Shown here: piece by piece, positions 10,908-20,700 of the stretch | How the letters are laid out: the number at the start of each line of letters is the position of its first letter | How positions within the stretch are numbered: position 1 is the stretch's first letter | Virus record (IMG/VR): IMGVR_UViG_3300013137_001132 | Location: 650-64,649 of that record | DNA length: 64,000 nt | Source of the DNA: a virus | Taxonomy: Duplodnaviria; Caudoviricetes | Strand: one strand, 5' to 3' | Translations under genes and position numbers: made by a program | Notes under the pieces: generated by a model | Database searches by the model: none | What the model was told of the DNA's origin: nothing | What the model saw: the letters and a program-made list of their open reading frames with translations, nothing else

Positions 10908-11557
10908 TGTGCTATTTCTTCCTCGCACTTTCTGATAGTCTTAACGGGCATTTCTTCTGGAAGCATGTGGCCCCTATAGGCCGGCGAGCTTCCCGCGCCC
11001 TCAAGGATTTTGTCATAGTGCCGCATCAGGGCCTCGCGTTCTGTCCTGGGCCTCTGCCCATACTTCACATGGAAGATGTGGGTGTTTAGCTCTACATCAT
11101 TCCCCTGAAACGATGGGGACGTGTGGATCACCGGGTAGTGCCTGATTGTCCCGCGCCTGAAAAGTCTCGGTTGCAGGTCTGGGTAGAGCCTGTCGAAGTA
11201 GTAATCTTCCTTGCGCCCCGCCAGGTTGTAACGCGGCAGCCAACACAGGTTTTCAGGCTTGGCAAGGATAGAGTCGCGTTGCTCGACGAAGCGCGTCCCT
11301 AGGAGTTCATCAGCATCAAGTCTGATGACCCACTCCGTATCGGGTACGGCATACACATCATTGAGGATGGGTTCGATATATCCCGGCACGTCAATCGTCT
11401 CAAGGTGGTCAACCAACGGCCTGCATACATCCAGCGTGTTGTCGCTGGATGCTTGATCTATAAACGCCATCACAACATCCGCGTAAAGCCTTGACTGTCT
11501 CAAAAGACGCTCGATGTATTTACCAGCATCTTTGGCGATGACTACAAGTGTGAGCAT
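10904..11557 (-). CDS. Glycosyltransferase family 2
   Basis: DQASSDNT, WVIRLDADE (DxD), YPDLQPRLFR. Confidence 0.85.
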   Translation of the reverse strand: MLTLVVIAKDAGKYIERLLRQSRLYADVVMAFIDQASSDNTLDVCRPLVDHLETIDVPGYIEPILNDVYAVPDTEWVIRLDADELLGTRFVEQRDSILAKPENLCWLPRYNLAGRKEDYYFDRLYPDLQPRLFRRGTIRHYPVIHTSPSFQGNDVELNTHIFHVKYGQRPRTEREALMRHYDKILEGAGSSPAYRGHMLPEEMPVKTIRKCEEEIAQ

Positions 11558-12354
11558 CAGTACTGTGCCTTGCAGCGCGCACAGAGAGGAATGTCTTTCT
11601 TCATACCATGCAGATGCTTAAAGCGAAACTGAGTGTAACGCCTGCCATTCCACACGGCCTCAACACCCTTCTCAAAGACATTGCCCAGTGGCACTTCCGC
11701 ATTCCAGTCCATACAACAAGCCACGCTTTCGCCATTGGTTAGCACGATCATGGCGGTAAATGGTTGAGCGCAGGGTTTGTCCGATGACCTATCCTGATAA
11801 GCGGGAACCTCATTGCGCCCCTCGCAGGGATGGTATGAGATGGTATTGGCTCCCGTCCACGTATTCTCCATCATGCCAATCTCATGTTCATTGTCTGGCA
11901 TGATTGTCATGTGAATGCGTGCCCAACACTTGTCCTTGTGATCGAGGAAGTATCTGACATTTTCCCTGACGGTATCCCAACTTAACCCAACCCGGATCTT
12001 CTCATACGTCTCTTTGGTCGCCGCGTCAATGGAAAGGGCAATGGCATCTAGTCCGGCCTTCACAAGCCCATCAGAACGTTCCGGCGTCAGCAGGGAGGCG
12101 TTAGTGAAGAAGAAAGACCTTCCACCCCTATCGTGGATGTAGGCGACTTTCTCCTCAAGCTGTTTGTCTAGCAGCGGTTCCCCGTATTGACACAAAGAGA
12201 ACATCTTGGCGCCAAGCCCGATGCCCTCGTCTATGATGGCCTTGAACTTGTCGTGTGGCATGAAGGGATCGCGATGTATTTGATTGATAGGGCACATGAC
12301 ACATCGCGAGTTACACAGACTGGTGATCTCAAGATTGATGGACGCTAGTTGCAT
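11557..12354 (-). CDS. Radical SAM/SPASM (twitch) protein
   Basis: CNSRCVMC (CxxxCxxC), GEPLL, C-terminal C...CC...GN...CARC. Confidence 0.9.
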   Translation of the reverse strand: MQLASINLEITSLCNSRCVMCPINQIHRDPFMPHDKFKAIIDEGIGLGAKMFSLCQYGEPLLDKQLEEKVAYIHDRGGRSFFFTNASLLTPERSDGLVKAGLDAIALSIDAATKETYEKIRVGLSWDTVRENVRYFLDHKDKCWARIHMTIMPDNEHEIGMMENTWTGANTISYHPCEGRNEVPAYQDRSSDKPCAQPFTAMIVLTNGESVACCMDWNAEVPLGNVFEKGVEAVWNGRRYTQFRFKHLHGMKKDIPLCARCKAQY

Positions 12355-12824
12355 GGGATTTTCCTAAGATGAAACTGAAGCGTACCAGCATCAGGCATCT
12401 CAATCTTGAGAATCTTGAACTTGCAAGCAGAGTAGTGTGGGAGTAGTCCGCCGATGACTGTAGAGGGATCGAAGTAGTCGAATGACCGGTCGGTAAAAAA
12501 CATCTGGTGGGTCGGATCAGTGAAAGCATTGTAGTTGGCCGCGTTGGGAACCTGGCAATGGAACTCGCCATTGGGTTTCAGCATACGCCAGACCTCTTCC
12601 ATAATCTCAACGAACGTTCCGCCGGCGAGGTGCTCGATGCCATCACGCATGATAACGTGGTCGCACCAGCCGTCACCCCACGGCCACGGTTTCTCGTTCA
12701 AGTCGTAGCACACGAATTCATTGTCCCCGACCTTATCGGGAAACTTGCGGGCAATGTCTACCTTGTCAACGTTGACAAAATCAGGGAGCAGTTTGATGCC
12801 ACAGCAGAGGTTTAATCCTGTCAT
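12345..12824 (-). CDS. Class I SAM-dependent methyltransferase
   Basis: LNLCCG...NVD, EHL, EVWRMLKPNG, DPTH. Confidence 0.85.
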   Translation of the reverse strand: MTGLNLCCGIKLLPDFVNVDKVDIARKFPDKVGDNEFVCYDLNEKPWPWGDGWCDHVIMRDGIEHLAGGTFVEIMEEVWRMLKPNGEFHCQVPNAANYNAFTDPTHQMFFTDRSFDYFDPSTVIGGLLPHYSACKFKILKIEMPDAGTLQFHLRKIPCN

Positions 12825-14029
12825 GCGAGATACCTGTCTACATCGGCTTCCGAGTTGATACGCTCTTCCAGCATGGCAAGCGTTGGAAGCCAATGCTCCC
12901 GCACCACCTTATCGGCATCGAATCTCTCGGCGCTCCGCCGGGCTTTAAGGCGCATACAGGCCCATTCGTCGGGGTCTTTGCTATAGGTCTCCCACAACTT
13001 ATAGATGGCCGCGGCAATGTCTTCGTCCTTCACAACGGCCTGATACGAACCATCCTCGCGGCAGATGTTCATGGCTACGGGATCAATCCCAATGCCATAC
13101 GCGACTTCTGGCATAGACGTGAAGTTGGTATAGACGGCCGGGCATCCACAGGCATTGCCCTCAGTTAGTGGAAGTCCCCATCCTTCACCAGCAGAGGGGA
13201 GAGCGATAACGTCAAAACTGTTATAGAGCGCCGCCATTTCAGACGACTTCAGGCCGATGTTGTATCTGTCCTCTGGCGTAACCGACGAAATATCTACGAT
13301 GTTCTGTTGCTTCAACAGATGCCGAACGTTCACCCCAAATGAGCTATTGAGGTAGCCGTGGAACATGAAACGCAGTTCGGGAATCTCTTTCTTCAACATG
13401 CCGATGGCCCGGATGACGCGATGGGTGTTCTTGCGCGTGTCCTGGTTCATCGCCACCATGCCGACCACAAAGGCATCGCGGTCGCCATAGAACTTGCGCT
13501 TCATTCCCGTATGCGTGATAACCTGTCCACTTTCATCCTCAAGGCCATCCAGGATACGGTAGTTGTTGGTGTCCACACACAACGGAACTACAGTTTGATT
13601 CTCGTACCCACCCTCTTTGAGAACACTCGCGGCGTCTTGGCACCAGGGAAGAACCCAGTAGGCAGACTTGAGGCGCTGCTTGATGATGACAGACAGCGGA
13701 TGCCGATCAATGGGGAGCCAGGGAACCCAACGCTTCGCAGCATAGCCAAAGTCATCAGGATAGGCCCAGGCGTCCCAGTGCGAAATCACGAGGTCAAGGT
13801 TAAACTCTTTGACGTAGTGTTCAATCAGGTCACGGCAAGTAATGTCGGCGTCCGAGCGCGGCACCATTGGCATTCCACACCACTCACCGCGTCCGCCGAA
13901 CAAGCCGTAGTTGCAAATAATGACAATATCATGACCCGCCACTTTCAGGCGGGGAGTCACAAGGGCCGTCTCTGTTGCATAGCCAGACGTGCCGAAAGGA
14001 GCGTTCGACAAAAATCCGATCCTAAGCAT
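12821..14029 (-). CDS. Glycosyltransferase family 4
   Basis: SNAPFGTSGY; PSAGEGWGLPLTEGNACG (Ex7E). Confidence 0.9.
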   Translation of the reverse strand: MLRIGFLSNAPFGTSGYATETALVTPRLKVAGHDIVIICNYGLFGGRGEWCGMPMVPRSDADITCRDLIEHYVKEFNLDLVISHWDAWAYPDDFGYAAKRWVPWLPIDRHPLSVIIKQRLKSAYWVLPWCQDAASVLKEGGYENQTVVPLCVDTNNYRILDGLEDESGQVITHTGMKRKFYGDRDAFVVGMVAMNQDTRKNTHRVIRAIGMLKKEIPELRFMFHGYLNSSFGVNVRHLLKQQNIVDISSVTPEDRYNIGLKSSEMAALYNSFDVIALPSAGEGWGLPLTEGNACGCPAVYTNFTSMPEVAYGIGIDPVAMNICREDGSYQAVVKDEDIAAAIYKLWETYSKDPDEWACMRLKARRSAERFDADKVVREHWLPTLAMLEERINSEADVDRYLA

Positions 14030-14130
14030 TGTGGTTGTTCCCTTTCTTTGCCGCGTGTTCACGTATTTTAGTCGTGTAGGGTTAACTCGCTTCCCCCACA
14101 CAAGCCCACTATGGCGAGAAGGGCAACGGC

Positions 14131-14775
14131 CTATGCAGCCACAGGATACCAGACAACAACGGCCTGAGAGTCCGCAATTGCCGTTCCACCGGCCACAGTG
14201 GCCTTAGCAAGCGTAAGAACATCGCCTGCCGCCAGGGTTCCACCAGTCACAGAGCCAAGCGTCTTGGCCTGATGCGCCAGCCACGTTCCGGCCGTGCCGG
14301 AGTTCGCAGTGCAGAGGGTGCCACCGAGGACGCCCGCCGTGTACTTCTTCAAGTACAGAGTATTGTAGTCGGTGCCATTGCCCACCACATTCGCGGCCGT
14401 GATCGCGTAGGCCGCGGCCACAACGCAGGCAACGGGCGCATAGAACACCGGGAGTTCAGTATCGCCAGCCGTGCTCGACGCAAGCCACTTGCTCGTATTT
14501 GCGTGCGTCTTGGTTGCCGAACTCAGATACGCGCTCGTGATGTCTCCGGCCAGCTTAGTAGCAGCGATGCTACCGGCCAACTGCGCGTTAGTGATGGTGC
14601 CACTAAGCGATGAGGTCAGGATAGCAGTCCCATCGACCGTACCCGTATGGGTGTGCCCTAGAGCAAAAGCCCGTAGCCCAACGAGGAGATTGTAGAGGGA
14701 ATTGCGAGTGTTACCAATCCCCAACCCCTGCTTCATTCCCGTTACGATACTCGTAAGGGTCGTAGTAATAGCCAT
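14131..14775 (-). CDS. Capsid decoration/minor structural protein
   Basis: Ala/Thr/Gly-rich, downstream of the capsid gene, C-terminal half similar to 14814..15323. Confidence 0.55.
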   Translation of the reverse strand: MAITTTLTSIVTGMKQGLGIGNTRNSLYNLLVGLRAFALGHTHTGTVDGTAILTSSLSGTITNAQLAGSIAATKLAGDITSAYLSSATKTHANTSKWLASSTAGDTELPVFYAPVACVVAAAYAITAANVVGNGTDYNTLYLKKYTAGVLGGTLCTANSGTAGTWLAHQAKTLGSVTGGTLAAGDVLTLAKATVAGGTAIADSQAVVVWYPVAA

Positions 14776-14813
14776 GATTTTCCTCCGGGGGCGCTATTCA
14801 CGCCCCCTCATTC

Positions 14814-15323
14814 CTAGAGCGTGTAGTTGATGTACAGCAGCATGTCAGGAACCGCAGTCCCCGACGCGCCAGTGCCGCGGTAGAAGTCCAGGAAATACCC
14901 GGCCGTCACCGTGCCACTCGTGGCCGAACCCAACGATTGCGCGACCATCGCGGTCATCGTACCCGCCGTACCACTCCACGAGAACGGCGTGCCCTGCACC
15001 GTGCCGCCAGTGTCGTAGTAGCGAATCGAGTAGGTGTTGAAGTCCGTACCATCGCCAACCACAGCCGCAGCCGGCACGAGATACGCAGCAGTCAAGACCA
15101 TCGTCGCCGGGGCCTTGAACAACGGGATCGTATCAACGCCCGCGCTCGCGCTCGGAATCGAGAACTGAAGACGCGCCGTGTTCAGCGTGATCGTCTCTCC
15201 GCCAGCCTCAAGTTCCTCGACCACAAGGTTCAGGAGTTCATCGGGAACCTGGTGGGTCGTGCCAGTCAGTTGCAGGCCATACCGCTCGTACTGGATCGAG
15301 CCGCCCGTAGTGAAAGTAGCCAT
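14814..15323 (-). CDS. Capsid decoration/minor structural protein
   Basis: Directly after the capsid gene; shares P.F.AP...AAY...A.VVG.GTD.NT with 14131..14775. Confidence 0.55.
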   Translation of the reverse strand: MATFTTGGSIQYERYGLQLTGTTHQVPDELLNLVVEELEAGGETITLNTARLQFSIPSASAGVDTIPLFKAPATMVLTAAYLVPAAAVVGDGTDFNTYSIRYYDTGGTVQGTPFSWSGTAGTMTAMVAQSLGSATSGTVTAGYFLDFYRGTGASGTAVPDMLLYINYTL

Positions 15324-15337
15324 TGTCTTATATCTCC

Positions 15338-16848
15338 TTATTCGACGCTCGACGCCGACATGAGTCGGATGTAGAAGTTATCATCCAAGACCTTAGCTAC
15401 AAACGTCGTAATCCACAATTTGTTGCTTCTACGATTTGACAAACATTCCAATTTATGCTATCATGGTGATCGTAGCGGCCAGGTCATTTCTGCCTAGCTC
15501 TGCATGTCGCCATGCAGTTCAGACTGTACCTTGACACTTGCGTGTCCCATCCGTCCAGTCGTTACACACGCCCGGAATAGGACTAAGCGTCCCATTCCTG
15601 CTTGGCTCGGTATTGTCTCATTGCGAGAGTTTCACCGACTTTGGATGATTTATCCTGGGCTAGAAATCTTCCACCCAGCGTCTCAAACTGGTTCAACGGC
15701 CCGCCGATCTCTTCGCGAGTGTGATGAATCAAACTCACGGGCATGACTTTCTTGCCAGTAAGCGGCTCATCAATCGTCTCAGGAACCTTGCCGGCCATCA
15801 TCGAGGCCATACCGCCCGTGCCAAACGCGTCGCGCGCCAGCAACAGGTTGTAGTACACATACCGCGAGCCGTAACCAGTAGCCGCGCGGTAGGCGTTGGA
15901 ACTCTGGAACACGTCCACATCCAGGAACGAGCCGATCTTACCAGTCCACAGGCCATTCCGCTCCTCGGTAGGAGCGTGGATGAACATGGGCTGAAGCACG
16001 CTATCCTGGAACAGGTCGTAGACCACGTTCGGATGGCAGATCAACTTGTACTTGCCATCCTCAAACGGACGCGCATCGTTCTTCTTCAGGGTCGTCAGTG
16101 CCAACAGGATTTCGTTGAACGTCAGCACGTCGGTGCTCTCAAGCGTGCCAACCGCGGTGTTGTTAGCGCCATCGATGTACTGCGCCGTGCCGTTGGCAAT
16201 CAACTGCGCGCGGGTCAGCAGGTCGATGACCATGCCAGCCTGGTAGCCCAACTGATCGCTGAAGGCGGCCAGAATCGGGTCGATACTCGCCGTAGTAACC
16301 AGATCGGAGAACTTCATGTACGCGCCGTACTGGTCAACGGTCGCCGTCACATGGCTGACAGTCCCCTCGGTCGGCGGGGGCGGAACAGCTTCGGTGAGAG
16401 GAACAAGCGCTTGGGTCGTAGACAGGACTGGGATTTTCAATCTGTTACTTGTGAACTTGACAAATGTCAAGCGGGTGAGTAATTTCTTCTCACCTCTCCA
16501 CCTTCGCTTGAGCATTATACGTGGAGTTCAGAGCACGTTATCACCCCTATGGGGCGCTCTCTATATGCTCGTTACGCACGCCTGGCCTTTCGGCCTGCTT
16601 GGTTCGGCGTTGTCCTTGCCAGGAGTTTCACCGAGTTAGGAGAGTTTTCAATCCGATATTTCTATCGGATGGCGCTACTGGAAACGCCAGTCAACAGTCA
16701 TTCCTTGCTTGTTCGGGATGCTAATGCCACGGTGCTTCTGACCGAAGGCCGCATGAACCAGGTTCGGCAGGGCGGTTATCAGAAGCTCAGTCTCGTAATA
16801 CGTACGCTGCTCATAAGTAAGACCAGCATACGTGGTCGCGGTAGCCAT
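15338..16848 (-). CDS. Major capsid protein (N4-gp56-like), spliced: exons 16848-16684, 16437-15673, 15415-15338 (335 aa)
   Basis: Joined exons read in frame (...GMTVDWR|KIPVL...PLTE...QYGAY...GPLNQFETLG|WITTF...), matching N4-gp56 family motifs. Confidence 0.85.
15416..15672 (-). mobile_element. Group I intron 2 (257 nt, no ORF) in the capsid gene
   Basis: P1 CUGGGU/GCCCAG with U-G wobble; TCGGTGAAACTC, ACCGAGCCAAGC, GTAACGACTG/CAGTCTGAACT; terminal G; restores the G|W motif. Confidence 0.85.
16438..16683 (-). mobile_element. Group I intron 1 (246 nt, no ORF) in the capsid gene
   Basis: P1 exon GGCGU pairs with GCGCC with a U-G wobble at the splice site; core motifs TCGGTGAAACTC, GCCGAACCAAGC, GTAACGAGCA/TGCTCTGAACT; terminal G; restores frame. 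Confidence 0.85.
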
Positions 16849-16860
16849 TTCCTTTGTCTC

Positions 16861-17526
16861 CTAGAGATCGGATTGGCTGTACCCGCTCCTTTTGCCTTTT
16901 TCAAGGATTCTGCTCACAGTAGCAAGATCGCCTTTGGCCTGTGCCTCAAGAAGCTCTTTCAGCACGCCGCCAGACCTCCCGCTCGGAACAGTAGAGGTAA
17001 CTTTGGGTACAGCCGGTGGGGCAGCAAAGGCTTTTTCTCTCAGTTGTCCGACAAACCACGTCTCAAACTTCCGCAGGTTATCGGGAGTATCCGCATACTG
17101 CTCGATCTTATCACGTGGAATGCCGAGTCGGGTAGCAACATCATCAATCGCGTTTTCACGGTTCTGCCGTGCCACCCTATCGGACTCAACTTCGCGCAGC
17201 CTTTGCTCCAATTCTTGATTCTTCGCATCTCGCTGTTGAATAGCGAGTTGCGTGTCGTATTGGCGCCTCTGCTCTGCGTCCATGCCAGTAGTCTTCTCTT
17301 TGTACAACTCTGCGTCGCGCGCTTCAATCTCTTTTCTGGCCGCTTCGAGTTGACTGAGATAGTACTGTTGCTGTTCGTACTGCTGGCGCTGTAGACTAGA
17401 CTTCAGAGCGTCAATGTCGGTCACGGGAACCATTGGAACGTCGGCTGGCTTCTGTTCGGGCGTCGCGGCTGCAACCCCGGTCGTCTGCTGTTCCTGCTGA
17501 ACGTTGCCAGTAACTTCCTCTGCCAT
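16861..17526 (-). CDS. Capsid scaffolding protein
   Basis: Gln/Glu-rich coiled coil immediately upstream of the capsid gene. Confidence 0.65.
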   Translation of the reverse strand: MAEEVTGNVQQEQQTTGVAAATPEQKPADVPMVPVTDIDALKSSLQRQQYEQQQYYLSQLEAARKEIEARDAELYKEKTTGMDAEQRRQYDTQLAIQQRDAKNQELEQRLREVESDRVARQNRENAIDDVATRLGIPRDKIEQYADTPDNLRKFETWFVGQLREKAFAAPPAVPKVTSTVPSGRSGGVLKELLEAQAKGDLATVSRILEKGKRSGYSQSDL

Positions 17527-17710
17527 TCTGTTTCTCCTATTCCTTCACTTTCAGTGTTTCTCGTACTTCAATCAGCCCTGAGAACCGATAGTTCTCAATC
17601 CTGAACGCCACATTCCCCCATCCAACGCCAGAGCGAAATGCGACAATATCACCAATCTGCCGCCACTGCTCATCCAGGGGAATCTCTTTCTCATCCATGT
17701 GACTCCTCCA

Positions 17711-20700
17711 TTATTTATTACGATTCACAACGGCCGGATTTTCTGCTTTCCACGCCCGCTGCCATGTCCAGTATGCCTTAAGTTCGGGATGACTCACCAC
17801 ATAAGCATCCCTCTTAGCCTTGTTGGCTTCGGGAATCTTATAGTATTCACTTTGCTTATCGTAGATGTCTCGACCGAACTTGAGTTTCGCTTCCTGGATG
17901 TGCTTATCGTATGCCTCTTGATATGCGTCGTATGTGTCCAGACTTCGTTTGGCCTGCACAATATCGGGGCGCATAAGCTCGAACTTGTCCTTTAGCTCCC
18001 AGTACATTTCAATCTCTGGGTGCTTCTTCAAAACAGCATCCGCAGCAATATCCCCCAGCATGTCGCGCGTTCGGTAGTACTCATCACGCGACTTCCACAA
18101 GTCGCCGGGGAGTTGACTCACCACCTTGTCGAACTCATATACCGCTTCTTGCTGATTAGGAGTAAGCCTACTGTCTGGTTCATTCACCAGTCGGGCGATT
18201 TCAGGGTGCTTGCCGTAGAAAGAACCCTGCTCTAGCTGGTACTTCTTCATGGTCGCATCGGGGGGAAGGCCAAAGCGCGTGCGATCATAAATGCGCGTGC
18301 CCATATCCTCCCCATACTTCTTCGCCATGTACTTCTTAAACTCGTCGTAGAGAGTTGACTGTTCTGGCGTCGCGCCGGTAAGGGGTTGGGCTTTCTCATG
18401 TGGGGGCTGTCCAACGAAGGGAACTGGCTTCTCACCGGATACTGGTTGTGGGATGTCAAACAACTTGATGCCAGCGGCCTCGGCCAGTCTTGCCACATCC
18501 TCATAGGACTGTTGCTTAGTTCTAAGCCGCTCCATTTCTTCTGGGTACTGCTTCCACAACTGAGAGCGTGTGAGTTCTGGCAAATCCCATATCTTCTGAC
18601 TTGCAGAACCCTTCCAGCGTTCTCCGGGAAGTTGGAACAGTTGCTGATTGATGCGATACTCAGGGTGATCGTCGTACCACTTGGAGATAGCGGCCTGATC
18701 TTCTGGCTTATATTGCGCGAACGGAACGTCCCCGGCGTTTTTCTTAGCGGCCTCATAAAGAGCGCCAAGCCCACCTGAAAGCGCGCGCGAGTTCTTTTCG
18801 CCAGCAGGATAGAGGCTCATCTGGTATGCGCCAGAAAGTTCTTCCTGTCCCGCTCTCTGAACCGCCAAGTCCCACGCGCGTCCATTATGTTCATTAAGCG
18901 CCCGCTCCGCCTCTTCTGGCGTAAGTGTGCCATCATTCGCCATATTGCGAACCATACGTTCTACGCGGTAGGTATCGAACTGGCCCTTGACCGGAAAGAC
19001 TTGCTGCATCCAATCCGGCATCTTAGAGCGAACCGCTCCTTCAATGTCAATCGGATGACCGAGCGCAGTAGAAACCTGCCTGATAAGTCTTCCACCAGAC
19101 CACAACTTATCAACGGGACTTCCACCGAGAAGCGCCATGCCCGCAGAAAAGACAGGACTCATAGATGACATGATTGCCAGAGAATCACCGACCTCCTCAT
19201 TAGGAGCGATGTCTAGGGCCTTCTGTAGTTCGTCAATCTTTTCAGGATTCTCGCCCTTTGCGATTGCTTCGTCCAGGTTCTTTTGCGCCTGTTCTCTCTG
19301 GGAACCATACTCGATGTTTTGGAGGGGAACCAGCCACGCGGAGAACGGAAGGCCAACCAGCTTCATCAGATCAACACTTACGTCTCCCGCCCAATCTGGT
19401 AGGAAGGGGAGCCAGTGCCCCAGGTTGGTCTTGCCCTTCAATCGGGAAGGATAACCAGGATCATCATTCACGGCACGAATAGCACGTTGCGCCTGCACGA
19501 TGTATTGCAGGTAGTTGGGTTTGGAGATAAACTTCCTGGCCCAGTTCGCCATTGAGGTCGTGTACCAGAACTCATAGGGGTAGACATACGAGAGAACATC
19601 GTTGAAGCCGTGCCGCCTTGTATAATCCAAGAGGGCCTGGTTGCCCCAGAACTCAGCAAGTTTCGTGGCCCCGATCTTGATGTCGAACATGGCGGGAGAG
19701 GCTTCGTTCTTGATCCAGTCCAACAGAAGATTCATCTGGTCTGGCTGAAGCCCGTTGAACTTGTACTGGCCCTGTACCATTGCCTGTTCGAGTACGCGGT
19801 TGAGCGTTTCCATGTTGTTGCGCTCGATAGAGGCGCGGTCAATTGTAGGGAGCGTGAAATCCATTGTAATGGGACGCGTCGGGGGAGCCGCCGCTGGCCC
19901 ATAGAACACCGCCCTTTTACCATCGGCCTCTGCGGGGCCAACGATCCCATTGTTCTCTAGGCGCTTCATAACGCGGTTGATGTCACTAGCGCCAACACCC
20001 AACTCGCGCTGAAGATCACTTGCGCCGACCTCTTTCATGCCACGAACCAAAGATTCAGCGCGGGTATAGAGGTCATCGGCTTGGGGAGTCACTTGCCCCA
20101 TAAGAGACGCCGCATTTTTAGGCGCCACGGAAGAGTTGGCGATGCTTGCCTCTGACGGCAATACGCCAGATTCGCCCAACTGCGCCAATACTTTCTTGTT
20201 GGGCTTATTGACCTCTCCGATCATCTTCTCAATCTTGGCGATGGTTTTGGGGTCGTTCATGTCGAAGTTAGGGTTCTTCAGTCGCTTGCCCAACACAGAA
20301 CGCGTGACGATCCCATCGGGGTCTTTACGAAGCCGCGCAAGTTCAGAGAACGCATCTTGCGCTGAACGTGCGGGGGGCGTGAAGGCTGTGCCGGAGTTGA
20401 CGAATCCGCCCAGTGCCCTTGTCTTGTCTCTAAGCGCCTGCTCCCATAGATCACTACGAAACTTGTTGAACTTTGTATATGCAATGGTACGCTGCTGGTT
20501 GAGGTCGGGAACCTTGTCTTTCATGAGTTTCTTGATTGTGTTCACAAGGTCTAGTTTGGCTTGCCAGTCAGCGGCAGCGGCCTTTTGTGTAATAGCGTTG
20601 ATCTGTTTAGCAAGTTCTGCGGCCGCGGGGCTTTTACCGTACATGGCTTCTGCAAGAGTAGTATTCGCACGTCCTATCTCGCCATAGTACAGTTTATTGT

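Noticed and set aside
15583-16515. ORF-track 310-aa protein as the complete capsid
   Set aside because: Its first 26 and last ~29 residues are read from intron sequence.
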